Assembly: GCA_965113315.1 (NCBI GenBank)
Contig: OZ220371.1
DNA from: Podarcis vaucheri
Taxonomy: Eukaryota
Length of the DNA stretch: 64,000 nt
Reading direction: 5' to 3' (one strand)
The notes beneath the pieces were generated by a model, which did no database searches, was not told the DNA's origin, and saw nothing but the letters and a program-made list of their open reading frames with translations. Shown here piece by piece: positions 24,981 to 36,510 of the stretch (position 1 is its first letter; the number at the start of each line of letters is the position of its first letter). The translations under genes and the position numbers were made by a program.

Positions 24981-27900
24981 TAATAATAATAATAATAAAT
25001 TTTATTTATATCCCGCCCTCCCCAGCCGAAGCCGGGCTCAGGGCGGCTAACAACAATAAAACAGTACAAAGGTACAACATAAACAACATTCTAAAATCAT
25101 TCATTATAAAAATTAATTAATTCAAGCCACTAGCAACCATTGGGCCAGAGCTCTGCGAAGATTGCCGAGGGAGGGAGTCAGGCTGTGCCCTGGCCAAAGG
25201 CCTGGTGGAACAGCTCTGTCTTGCAGGCCCTGCGGAAGGATGTCAAGTCCCGCAGGGCCCTGGTCTCTTGTGACAGAGTGTTCCACCAGATCGGAGCCAC
25301 AGCCGAAAAAGCCCTGGCTCTAGTTGAGGCCAGCCTAACTTCTCTGTGGCCTGGGACCTTCAAGATGTTTTTATTTGAAGACCGTAGGTTTCTCTGTGGG
25401 GCATACCAGGAGAGGCGGTCCCGTAGGTACGAGGGTCCTAGGCCATATAGGGCTTTAAAGGTTAAAACCAGCACCTTAAACCTGATCCTGTACTCCACCG
25501 GGAGCCAGTGCAGCTGGTATAGCACCGGGTGAATGTGATCTCGCAGCGAAGACCTCGTAAGGAGTCTCGCTGCAGCATTCTGCACCCGCTGGAGTTTCTG
25601 GGTCAGTCTCAAGGGCAGCCCCACGTAGAGCGAGTTACAATAATCCAGTCTGGAGGTGACCGTCGCGTGGATCACAGTGGCTAGGTCAGGGCGAGAGAGG
25701 TAAGGAGCCAACTGCTTAGCTTGGCGGAGATGGAAAAATGCCGCCTTTGTTATAGCTGCAATCTGCGCCTCCATGGAAAGGGAGGTGTCGAAGATTACAC
25801 CCAAACTCTTAACAGACGGTGCTGGCACTAATTGCGCCCCCGCAAGAGATGGGAGTTGCCCCCCCAATCCCATATCGCCCCGTCCCAGCCACAGGACCTC
25901 TGTCTTCGAAGGATTTAGCTTCAACCGGCTCCCACGTAACCATCCAGCCACAGCTTCCAAACATCTGGTCAGTGTGTCTGGGGCCGAGTCAGGATGGCCA
26001 TCCATCAACAGATAGAGTTGGGTGTCATCGGCATACTGATGACAACCCAGCCCAAAACTCCGAACAAGCTGGGCGAGGGGGCGCATAAAGATGTTGAAAA
26101 GCATCGGGGAGAGTATCGCGCCCTGAGGTACTCCACACACCAAGGAGTGGCGCGATGACAATTCCCCCCCAAGCGCCACCCTCTGTCCCCGACCAGAGAG
26201 AAACGAGCGCAGCCATTGAAGGACTGTGCCCTGGATCCCCACGTCGGTAAGGCGGTGGTCCAAAAGTTCGTGATCGACCATGTCGAAAGCTGCTGATAGA
26301 TCTAGAAGAATCAGCAGCCCTGACCCGCCTCGATCCAGCTGTCTACGAAGGTCATCTGTTAGGGCGACCAGAGCCGTCTCGGTCCCATGACCAGCGCGGA
26401 AGCCAGACTGGAATGGATCCAGAGCCAATGTTTCATCCAGAAACCCACCAAGCTGTTCAGCAACCGCTCTCTCAATCACCTTACCCAGGAACGGAAGATT
26501 CGAAACCGGGCGGTAATTGGATAGATCTAAAGGATCTAATGATGTTTTCTTTAAGAGCGGGCGCACCACTGCCTCCTTCAGTTCCCCTGGGAATGTCCCC
26601 GTGCCAAGGGACAAATTGATGATATTCCCCAGGGGGGCCCGCACCTCGTCTGGACACGCTCTAATCAGCCAAGATGGGCACGGGTCGAGAGGACAAGTGG
26701 TGGGCTTTCCAGCTCGGAGGAGTCTGTCCACATCGGCTGGGGATATCTGGTCGAAGTGGTCCAATACTGGACCCGAGGACAGTCGAGGGGCCTCCAGTTC
26801 CTTTATTGTATCCAAATTGGCAGGGAGGTCATGGCGGAGCGACAAGACCTTCTCCGCAAAAAAGCTCGCAAATGCCTCACAGCCGTGTGTCAATTTGTTA
26901 TTTAAATTTGGCTGTCCCTCAAGGGACGTTAAAGACCTAATAATACTAAATAATTGCGCTGGGCGAGAGCTAGCGGATGCAATGGAGGCCGAGAAGTATG
27001 ACTTCTTAGCAGCCTTCACCGCCATCTCGTAGGTTTTCATAAAAGCCCTATAAGATGTTCTTGAGGCTCCGTCACGGGCACCCCGCCATACTCGCTCTAG
27101 CCGTCTGAGGTCCCGCTTCATTTTCCGAAGCTCCTCGGTAAACCAGGGAGCCCGGTTTCTGCGGGGTCGCAGAGGGCGCTTAGGTGCGATCTCATCGATG
27201 GCTGCCAGGAGCTGGGCATTCCAGCCCTCAACAAGCTCAGTCAATGAGTCGCCAGGGGGAGCAAGGTCCCGCAAGGCTTGGCGGAATCTCTCGGGGTCCA
27301 TCAGCCTCTGCTGGCGAGCCCAAATTGGCTCGCCACCTAAGCAGGGTGGGGGTGGAAAGTCAATCCTGGCTTTCAGAGCGTAGTGATCAGACCATGGCAC
27401 CTTCGTCGGAGGAGACATGATCACATCTATACCGACGCCAAAGATCAAATCCAGCGTGTGGCCTGCTTGATGTGTGGGGCCCGAAACAAACTGGGAGAGC
27501 CCTAGTGTCGCCATGGAAGACACCAGGTCCAGAGCCTGTGAGGAGGGAGTGGCATCGGCATGGATGTTGAAGTCCCCCAATACCAATAGGTTAGGGAACT
27601 CCAAGGCCCAGCCGGCCACCGCCTCCAGCAGGCCTGACAGGGTGGCTGCTGGTGCGCTAGGTGGCCGGTACACCAGCCAGACAGCCAAGCTCTCCTCGGA
27701 GCCCCACACTAGGCCAACACATTCGATGCCGGGGATCGATGGCGATGGTAGAGCCCTGAAAGGACAATCTTCCCGGATTAATAATGCCACCCCTCCCCCC
27801 CGGCCCACAGTCCGCGACTGGTGGAGGACAGAGAAACCCGGGGGCGCCATCTCTCGTAAGGTAACTGTTGCCCCTTCGCGCACCCAGGTCTCCGTCACAC

Positions 27901-28490
27901 AAGCCAGGTCGACCCCCTGCAAGATAAAGAAATCTCGCAGGGTGGCGGTTTTATTGCCTATAGACCTGGCATTGCACAGCACCAGTGACGGAGGTGAGTA
28001 ATCCTTGCTCACCCTACCCTCGTCCCTCGGGATGGGGCGCAGATTGGAAAGGGTACGAGCGTATCCATATCTCGATCCCCTTCGCCTGTAACATCTGCCC
28101 CCACCGCCATACCTCCCTCGCCCCTCCACGGTAGCAATCCCAGGCCTCATAGTGGCCTCCATTGATGGCAATTAATATTATTCTTTCGCAGCCTAGAACA
28201 ATAAAACCTTAAACCAGTAAAAACAAAAAACAAAAACAACCCAGAAAACAATACAACAATACAAACAAAAACTGCAAAAATTACAAATTCATCAAAATCT
28301 AACAAATTCCCCAGCCCACCCAAACATCCATCCCACCCCATATATAGAATCGAAAAGGAAAGGAAATATTAAAAACAAAAACAAAACAAAACATGTTAAA
28401 AAGGGCTCTGCACTCCTCCGGGTCCTCCTGGGCAGTAGCAGCATCAATGGCAACAACCATCCTTGTGAGGCCCCACCCTGGGCCAGATAT
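24981..28490 (-). mobile_element. Young, apparently full-length L2-clade LINE with a single ORF
   Basis: (TTA)n tail at 24981-24998, 3' stem-loop at 25013-25046, intact CpG-rich endonuclease-RT ORF, about 300-bp U-rich leader. The 5' boundary is approximate. Confidence 0.85.
25178..28162 (-). CDS. L2 LINE polyprotein: APE endonuclease + reverse transcriptase (994 aa from the first ATG)
   Basis: APE motifs LCNARSI, VTETW, YRPP, GDFN, HTLDL, SDH; RT motifs NYRPVSNL, DLSAAFD, GVPQG, YADD; L2-type C-terminus SRLDYCNSL..LQRVQNAAARL..LHWLPV. An in-frame TAA lies immediately before the TTG at 28171, so the first ATG is at 28162. Confidence 0.92.
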   Translation of the reverse strand: MEATMRPGIATVEGRGRYGGGGRCYRRRGSRYGYARTLSNLRPIPRDEGRVSKDYSPPSLVLCNARSIGNKTATLRDFFILQGVDLACVTETWVREGATVTLREMAPPGFSVLHQSRTVGRGGGVALLIREDCPFRALPSPSIPGIECVGLVWGSEESLAVWLVYRPPSAPAATLSGLLEAVAGWALEFPNLLVLGDFNIHADATPSSQALDLVSSMATLGLSQFVSGPTHQAGHTLDLIFGVGIDVIMSPPTKVPWSDHYALKARIDFPPPPCLGGEPIWARQQRLMDPERFRQALRDLAPPGDSLTELVEGWNAQLLAAIDEIAPKRPLRPRRNRAPWFTEELRKMKRDLRRLERVWRGARDGASRTSYRAFMKTYEMAVKAAKKSYFSASIASASSRPAQLFSIIRSLTSLEGQPNLNNKLTHGCEAFASFFAEKVLSLRHDLPANLDTIKELEAPRLSSGPVLDHFDQISPADVDRLLRAGKPTTCPLDPCPSWLIRACPDEVRAPLGNIINLSLGTGTFPGELKEAVVRPLLKKTSLDPLDLSNYRPVSNLPFLGKVIERAVAEQLGGFLDETLALDPFQSGFRAGHGTETALVALTDDLRRQLDRGGSGLLILLDLSAAFDMVDHELLDHRLTDVGIQGTVLQWLRSFLSGRGQRVALGGELSSRHSLVCGVPQGAILSPMLFNIFMRPLAQLVRSFGLGCHQYADDTQLYLLMDGHPDSAPDTLTRCLEAVAGWLRGSRLKLNPSKTEVLWLGRGDMGLGGQLPSLAGAQLVPAPSVKSLGVIFDTSLSMEAQIAAITKAAFFHLRQAKQLAPYLSRPDLATVIHATVTSRLDYCNSLYVGLPLRLTQKLQRVQNAAARLLTRSSLRDHIHPVLYQLHWLPVEYRIRFKVLVLTFKALYGLGPSYLRDRLSWYAPQRNLRSSNKNILKVPGHREVRLASTRARAFSAVAPIWWNTLSQETRALRDLTSFRRACKTELFHQAFGQGTA

Positions 28491-29046
28491 TGAGAAGCAA
28501 AGCAGCTAGTAAGCTTGATCTTTATTGATCTGTTGCAACAGGGTACTCCCCTCACACGCAGGAGAGGAAGAGGACCCAGAACAATGGCCTGCAAGGCCTT
28601 ATAAAGACTTTTGAAATTCCCATTCTCTAGATCAAGACCACCCCCAGAAACATTATGCATACATCACAGAAGGGGTGTAACCTAAGACTACCCCTCAGAT
28701 ACATCCCACCTACATCACAGAAATTTAAATGTTGTTTTTCTCCTGTCACAGTTTATCTCCTGTCTGGCAAGTTGCTTGATTGGATTTCTGGGAAGCCTGG
28801 CCATTCTTTTGTAGTGGTAAAATACTTATTTCCTGGGCCAGGTCACAGGCTCACACCTTATTCATATCTTTGAGACAGGATTTGTGAGGAAGAGACAATG
28901 GGGAGGCTTTTCCATTTTTACCATGCAGAGAAACATTTGCTCAGTTTAGGAATCAAAATGGTTCCAGGTTGGCTTTCCTGTGTTGATCTATGTATGTGCA
29001 GTTATGAACATTACCATATATCTAAGACCATAAAATTCCTATCACA
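28491..29046 (-). mobile_element. Solo LTR (ERV-like)
   Basis: TG..CA termini (TGAGA / TCACA), 4-bp near-TSD ATAT / ATAC, minus-strand TATA (TTTATAA, 28605-28599) and AATAAA (28526-28521) in U3-R-U5 order. Confidence 0.7.
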
Positions 29047-31084
29047 ATACTCATTGTGTGAATTGTAAGTTAGACATGGCCCCTAGGAAGGTGGTTTTTA
29101 CCCTTGAAGCTAATAGCAAAGAAACAGTAAATGGTCAAAAGAGGTGTTCACCTAGAAGTTTGAGCTTATTAGGTAATTTAACCACTAATACTAACTGCTC
29201 AACCTTTCACCACTGGTTTTAAAACAGGTTTAAAACAAACACAACAGCCAAGAAAATTAACAGAAAAATTACAGTCACCCGAATGACAACAAAAAGAGTA
29301 CAGATAAAATCAGTCAACAGTAAGAACAAAGTATTAGAAAAATAAGTTTTCAGAAAGTTGCAATATGGATCCCTAGGACAGGGAATTCCAAAGGAGGCTG
29401 CGATGGAGGAAGTCCTCTCTTGCATTTCTGCCAGCCACACCCAAGGATGGAGGATAAATAAGTTCATTTTTTCACCTTGAGTAAACTGAAGTAATTATCT
29501 GGTCCTGAATTAGATCAGAATGAAACTATTAATTGGATCACAAACTTCTCTGAATTTTGCAATGCAGTTTGGGTCTTCCCCCACAATCTTATTTTTCCAT
29601 GTATATATTTTTTGGAGTTAGTGCACTGGAAATCATTCAAAAATGTACACTTCAGGGGCAGAATGCACATAATAAGTATACAATTTAAATGTGAATTTTT
29701 ATGCATTTTTAAAACAAAGATCTGCCAAGAATGGGATTGATGGGATCTATTATTGAGACATACACAGATGATGTGGAATGGGAATAGGATGATCCAATCA
29801 TCCCTCAGATGGGGGTGGGCATGCAAAAGTGCCTCCCTCAGTGACCTCAGTGTGTGGAAGGGATTGTGGATTCTGTCCCTGCCTAAGCTTCTGTAAAAAG
29901 AGTTGTGCTTCCAAGGTGTTAGAATTTGGGCAGAAACAAGCATATAGAAGCAGGATTCCAATCAATTGTTCCAACATGATCATCTCATCAGTCTGGTCTA
30001 CTCTTCTTTTTGTCACAAGCTTAAAAAATGCTTTCTCTTATTTTATTTATATGTTAATTTTATCAGTTGATTTGTATGATTAATTGACTAAGTTTTCTTC
30101 AGCTGGGTGACTACTAACTAATGACTGGGCTGAGGTTCACAAGCAAGCATAGTATACACAACAAGACTGATTAGACCTGACAGGCACCAAGTTCAGAGCT
30201 GTAGGGAAGAATGACAGCATAAAATGAGGAGGAAATCATTTGTGACATGCCCTTCACTTAACTTATTGGCATGTCATTTCCAGCCTAAAGTATATGACGG
30301 ATCTGAAGCATTATTTTAGAAGACATCCCTCCCCTTCCTTTGCTTAGAGAAAGAGGTATTGTTAATTATAGCTTAATTTCACTTATGTCAGGGCCAAGGA
30401 AATTCTGGTACAGATTCACATTCAATGCAGATCAGGCATTAAAGTTCACATAGTCTCTTGTACAACAACAAGTGAAACCTGCAACAAAATGTTGCAGGGC
30501 ATCCTCACCCGCAATTAGGTGTTCTGTGCAGGATTCCAGATATTCCAGATTTTCCTTCCTTCCAAGCAGGGTATTTTTCTTCCCACCCCATTTTTGTCCT
30601 AGGTGACATTTAATATTTTATGGTGGCTCAACATGCTCAGTCTTCATGGGGCTGGATATATTTTTGGAGCAGGGAGATGTCCTCATAGATTTTTTTTTTT
30701 AAAAAAAGATTTTTGGACTTCTGCAAACCTCAGTCTCCACCTTGACTCTAATCCTGTCAGCAGTCAACACCTGAGTTTGTTACTATCTTTGATTGCAGAT
30801 CTTAAGTAGTGCCTGAATTAGTTGATTTTGGACCTGTGAATGTATACTTGATTTCAATATGTTCTGTAGGAATTAGAGGATCAGACGTAGCAATCCTTTG
30901 GGCCTGTCATGTAAACTACAAGTTTGGATCTAGATCTATATTCACATTGCTCTGGGGCAGGTGTGTTCTTAGAGCATGAATATAGGTTGAAATCCTCTCA
31001 TCTTCCTAAGCTTGTCCATGCAGATTAAAAGTTTAATTTGCTCTAATCATACACACAACAATATGTGGTCACACTTAGTCATAC

Positions 31085-31087
<3 letters not shown>

Positions 31088-31115
<28 letters not shown>
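31088..31115. repeat. (TG)n microsatellite
   Basis: About 14 TG units. Confidence 0.95.
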
Positions 31116-31118
<3 letters not shown>

Positions 31119-34107
31119 GGCAGCATGTTCAAAAATAGTATAAATATTATGGAATGCAAACTATTGTACTTTGGGAACACCCATCACCTCTGGCATTGGC
31201 AAGAACTGCGTTACATAAACAGTTATGCAATTTAAAAAATAGATTAATTTAGGGGCAACAGAAAGGCACATGTTGAAAAAGTACCTTCCAGAGTTGGAAA
31301 TTTCTGCAGTTCTAGAACTTTGGAACACACTGTTTAGATTGGTCTCTGTGTGTGCAAGTGTGTCTTTGCTGTGTGGGGAAGGCAGGACTGGCATGCGCAA
31401 GCAGAAATAGTGCACAATTCACTACTAAGTAAACTCATTCCTCTGTGCCTCTACAGGGCATTTACAGAGCAGGAATTATACTGGCTGGTTGACAGTAGGA
31501 ACTTGACTAAGTCTGGTGTGCCAGCAGATCTTGGAGGTGATCTGACATTGGGCTTATTATGCAAGCATGTCAGGAAGAAGGATGCCAGCATATAATTATG
31601 CTGGCACTGCCTCAACTCTGGTGCAACTTCACTGATACAGAAGCCTTAAATGGTGATAATGGGATCATGGTGGGGAGGAGCAGCCCTTTCCAAACATGGC
31701 TTTATTGGTATCTTAAACCATGGCTTCCCAATTTGTTGGGGCAGGGGGAGGCAATGGGCATATTTGGAATTTGAAGAAAGTGTCCATGGTGCCAATCACA
31801 CAATGGCTGCTGTGGAGCGTGTGTGTCAATGGCTGCTGTTGCGGTGTGGCGTAACCCAAAATGGCTGCCACATCTAATAGAGCAGAGAAAGAGATAGGGT
31901 CGCAAAATGATGTGGGCATGCCTCTCCTGACCCTGCTCTGGACAACAGTGCTTGCTCAAAGGCAGAAAGTCTTTGCACCTTTACTCTGTTCAGAGTGGAA
32001 GGAAGGCTATTGAATCCTGACATCCAATGAAATGGGGCTACAGGAGTGGGGGCTGTGTTCAATACAGGAGAGACCAAGCAAGTGAAAACAGGAGCTGAGC
32101 AGGAACATTGTGCATTGTGAGTTTTTGAGGGCATCTCTACTGAGATGTATGTGCATGGTAGGCCTGCAGATTTGATGGTAGACCTGCTATTATATTAAGC
32201 ATAGCCAGGCAGGATGCAGGGTTAAGATTGCAGCCAGTGTCATTTAGAAGAGAATCAAATGTTGAGTCTAATGGCAAAAAACTGTGATCAATGCAAATCT
32301 CCCTCCCCCCCGCCCCACCTTAGCTGTCAAAACAAATAAATTTCTGAAAGTGGAATGTACATACTGAAAGCTACCCTTAGGTTGTCTGTCTCATATACTG
32401 ATTAGCTACATGAGAATTTGCTAAAGTAATTACCTCCTAGTAGTTGGCAATTACCATGGCAACCTCACCATCACAAGATAAATTCAGCCGTTAATGAAAG
32501 CACCACTACCAATGTGTCAACTCTGAAACATACATTATATGCCTTAAAAAAGAAAAAAGAAGAACCTTTGAACAAAAGCCTTTCCTGACTAAATTGGAGA
32601 AACAGGTAGGCAGCATATTCATGCAAACTGTAGGACGGCCCTGAATCAGACAAGAGAATGGATGACTTTCATCCCCCCCCCTTCACTTTTCTGAACCCAG
32701 AATCTCTGACAGGTTAACAAAAAGTATCTTATTTCAACTCACACAATTGTACCTAATACTTACCAAAAGTGGTTTTAACCAAGAGACAAGTTAAATTTGC
32801 AGTGATTTAAGACAATTTATTTGTTCCATCTGAATATTGTGCAAAAATGTAGGTCTTTCAAATACTGCTCTTCAAATCTTACGTTCAGTTCTGCACATTT
32901 ACAGTTCGGTTTGCGATATTCTTTAAAAAAAACTCCCCATGAAAACTAGTGCAAATTCCTCCTTATATACATGCATAGCCTCTTGGGCTTGCCGATCGGT
33001 TCTAATCTACGCAACAGGGTAATTTTCACTAACGTGCATGTTAAGACAAATTTTACCCCAGTATGTGCATTTTTGTACACATTGCTTGGTTGGAGAACAG
33101 CACTGCAAAATTTGGAGAAATACGAATTTCAATAGATGGTTTTGTTTTTGTTCTCATTTTGCATCAGAAAGTGAAAATGAGGTAGGTTTGCCTTTAAATG
33201 TGACCTGAATCAAATTTCTCCCCAGCCGCTACTCAGAACAAACCTGTGAGCTAAGTTAGGCAGAGAGAAAGTGATTGTGAGGCCCAAGCTTTTTGGTTAA
33301 ATGTGAATTTTTTGTGGTTTCCCTGCCTTCTTATCACTCATCCTTGCCTCTCCTTTCTGCTTGATGCACCAGCTCCTAGCAGCCTTGGAAAAGGCCCAAT
33401 TTGCCCCGGGATTCAGGCCTTGGCCAAATTCAGGCCTTGGCACAATTTTAATAGATCCATGATAGATATGGATTGTGACTAATGTGCTGTGTAAACTACT
33501 TCCCAAACCAAAGGTGGGAGTGTACTGAATCCAGAGTAAATGGTTGTGTGTACACAGCCTCTGTATTCTTTCCGAAGGTCTTACTTTCCAGATATGAAGA
33601 AGTCTTTAATGTTTTCCAAAGAAACATGTTTCTTCAGGTTGATACAGTGAGCAAATTATGATGTTGCCTGCAGTGTTTCTTTTCCAATGAAGCTGCCTGT
33701 GGGCAAATGTTGGCGGGGTGCACATAAGAGGAGTAAACAAATATTTACACTCCTTTTACTATTTGCAGGAATAAGGTGTGGAGTATGTACCTAGCTTTGC
33801 CATGACTCCATTGTTTACAGTGAACTCCATTGTTTACAATGGAGAACTGATGGAGGCCAAAGGTACAGCCTTGTTTCACTGGGGGGGGGGAGGGATTTGG
33901 AGAAACTGTGAAGTCACAAAACATGCATTTTGCGGTATAATACTATGACATGCCCCTCATTTCTCCACATGCTTTCCAGGAACCCAAGATTACTGCCACC
34001 AGGTTTAGTTTCCCTTGGATAAGAGAGAGCTGGAAGCCTATCCTGTCTTTGCAATTTTTCTTTCATTTACAAATATACAGTCAGAGCCTACTGGAAGTAA
34101 GTAGATC

Positions 34108-34140
<33 letters not shown>
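34108..34140. repeat. (AAT)n microsatellite at the BovB 5' junction
   Basis: 11 AAT units. Confidence 0.95.
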
Positions 34141-34144
<4 letters not shown>

Positions 34145-35109
34145 CTCTATGTGGGACAAGAAGCTACAGTTAGAACTGGATATGGAACAACTGATTGGTT
34201 CAAAATTGGGAAAGGAGTACGACAAAGCTGTATATTGTCTCCCTGCTTATTTAATTTATATGCAGAATTCATCATGCGAAAGGCTGGGCTGGATGAATCC
34301 CTAGCCAGAATTAAGATTGCCGGAAGAAATATCAACAACCTCAGATATGCAGATGACACAACATTGATGGCAGAAAGTGAGGAGGAATTAAAGAACCTTT
34401 TATTGAGGGTGAAAGAGGAGAGTGGAAAATATGGTCTGAAGCTTAACATCAAAAAAACGAAGATTATGGCCACTGGTCCCATCACCTCCTGGCAAATAGA
34501 AGGTGAAGAAATGGAGGCAGTGATAGATTTTACTTTCTTGGGCTCCGTGATCACTGCAGATGGTGACAGCAGCCACGAAATTAAAAGACGCCTGCTTCTT
34601 GGGAGAAAAGCAATGACAAACCTAGACAGCATCTTAAAAAGTAGAGACATCACCTTGCCAACAAAGGTCCGTATAGTAAAAGCTATGGTTTTCCCAGTAG
34701 TGATGTATGGACGTGAGAGCTGGACCATAAATAAGGCTGATTGCCGAAGAATTGATGCTTTTGAATTATGGTGCTGGAGGAGACTCTTGAGAGTCCCATG
34801 GACTGCAAGAAGATCAAACCTATCCATTCTTAAGGAAATCAGCCCTGAGTGCTCACTGGAAGGACAGATCCTGAAGCTGAGGCTCCAATACTTTGGCCAC
34901 CTCATGAGAAGAGAAGACTCCCTGGAAAAGACCCTGATGTTGGGAAAGATGGAGGGCACAAGGAGAAGGGGACGACAGAGGACGAGATGGTTGGACAGCA
35001 TGAGTTTGACCAAACTGCGGGAGGTGGTAGAATACAGGACTACCTGGCGTGCTCTGGTCCATGGGATCACGAAGAGTCGGACACGACTAAACAACTAAAC
35101 AACAACAAC
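34145..35109 (+). mobile_element. 5'-truncated RTE-BovB LINE
   Basis: Open RT C-terminal frame: GKGVRQSCILSP, NLRYADD, FELWCWRRLLRVPW, GTRRRGRQRTRW; (CAA)n tail; TSD AATAATAAAT at 34135-34144 and 35110-35119. Confidence 0.95.
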
Positions 35110-35336
35110 AATAATAAATAGGCAGCAAACCAACAGGTTGTGTTTGTGGTTCTCAAAACAACAGCATAGATCTTTAGGGGGGCACCCTCAAGTCCATTTG
35201 CTTCCAGTCAAGCTAAACTCCTCCCTCTCCCCACAGTCTCATTTCATGCCTCTTTAGGTTCACCTTATGTGATCGATAATATTCTAAAGATTATGGTCGT
35301 CTAGAAATATTGGCCAAAATTGGCCCAAGCCAAAAG

Positions 35337-35706
35337 CTGGGGTGGAGAATATTTTTCAGCCTGAGGGCCAAATCCCCTTATGACAACCTTCCAAGGGCCA
35401 TAGTGTATTTCAGTCGTGGTGCGGCCAGAGGTAAAAGTAGGCAGCATCAAGGATGTGACTCTTGTGTTTTTATAGTGGCATACATTTCAACCACACAAAA
35501 CTCAGGGCTTTCTCTGCATATCTTCCTCTACCACCATCCTCCATCCAAGCAAGGAAGAAGCATTATCACAGTTCAAGGACATATTCTAGCCAGGCAAGAA
35601 CACTTCAGGTTGTACAACAAGTCCACTGATGAGTGTGACCTGGAAGGAGCAGCTAGAGAGACATGTGGGGCACATTTGGCCCCCAGGCCTCAGATTCTCC
35701 ACCCTA
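35337..35706. mobile_element. Old hAT-like MITE
   Basis: TIRs GGGTGGAGAAT..GCCTGAGGGCCAAAT / ATTTGGCCCCCAGGCCT..ATTCTCCACCC; TSD not recognisable. Confidence 0.55.
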
Positions 35707-36319
35707 TAAGCCCTTTTAACATATCTGTGTGTGCATGTAAGTGATATAATTCCTTTTTAAAGCAACGCAATAACAAAGGCCCAAAAGCATAAAACTACCT
35801 CATCACAATGTTATTGAAATTAAACTATTTGTTGTGGAGATTCAGAAATATCAATCTTTTCCACCCTTACTAAATACAACTCATGCATGGGAAATCAATT
35901 ATTCAGCCACATGGCTAAATTAATCACAGAAGGGAGCAGTCAAAAGCAGTGTTTGCTATAGCGTACGATATAATGTTACACAATTACCCAGGTGTACCAC
36001 AGTGGCTTTTCACTCAACACCTATGCGTATTACCCAGACACTGCCAGACACAGGATGCTAAACGAGATGAACGGGTTGATATGGCACCTCCATTGTTAAC
36101 TAGATGTTTGGAAATTAAAACTCTTCATAGAAGTGCACGCCTTAAAAACCTAACATGAACCACACATCTTAAAAGCTAGTACCATTCCGTGTTAGTTGTT
36201 TGTAAGTATTTTAACAAAAGAATGCCCTCAGAATGCATGAAACTACTGTTTCACCACTTGAACACAACTGAAAAGCAAAGTATAGGAAAGCATGATGATT
36301 AACTCTGCTGAAGCAATTA

Positions 36320-36510
36320 GAAAGGTCTGCAGCTTGGTGGTAGAGTGTGTGCTTCACATACAAAAGGCCCCGTGTCCAGACTTTGACATTTCCAGCTGAG
36401 AGTTGGAAATCTCTCTCTCTAAAACCCTGGAGAACTGCTACCATTCAGTGTAGGCAAAACTAAGTTAGATAGTTGGTTAATCTGACTTGGTTTAAGGAAG
36501 GTCTCTAGAT
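36320..36510 (+). mobile_element. Old tRNA-derived SINE (family also at 39553, 45994, 53033)
   Basis: GCTTGGTGGTAGAG head, AAACCCTGGAGAACTGCTACCATTCAGTGTAG body. Confidence 0.6.

Noticed and set aside
25140-28001. Multiple plus-strand ORFs of 60-175 aa
   Set aside because: They are antisense shadows of the GC-rich L2 ORF.
34147-35094. 315-aa antisense ORF
   Set aside because: It is a shadow frame of the BovB RT coding strand with no independent motifs.
33950-35098. 382-aa ORF as a host gene or domesticated RT
   Set aside because: It is a chance fusion of flanking DNA, an (AAT)n poly-Ile tract and a 5'-truncated BovB RT that lacks the N-terminal RT motifs.
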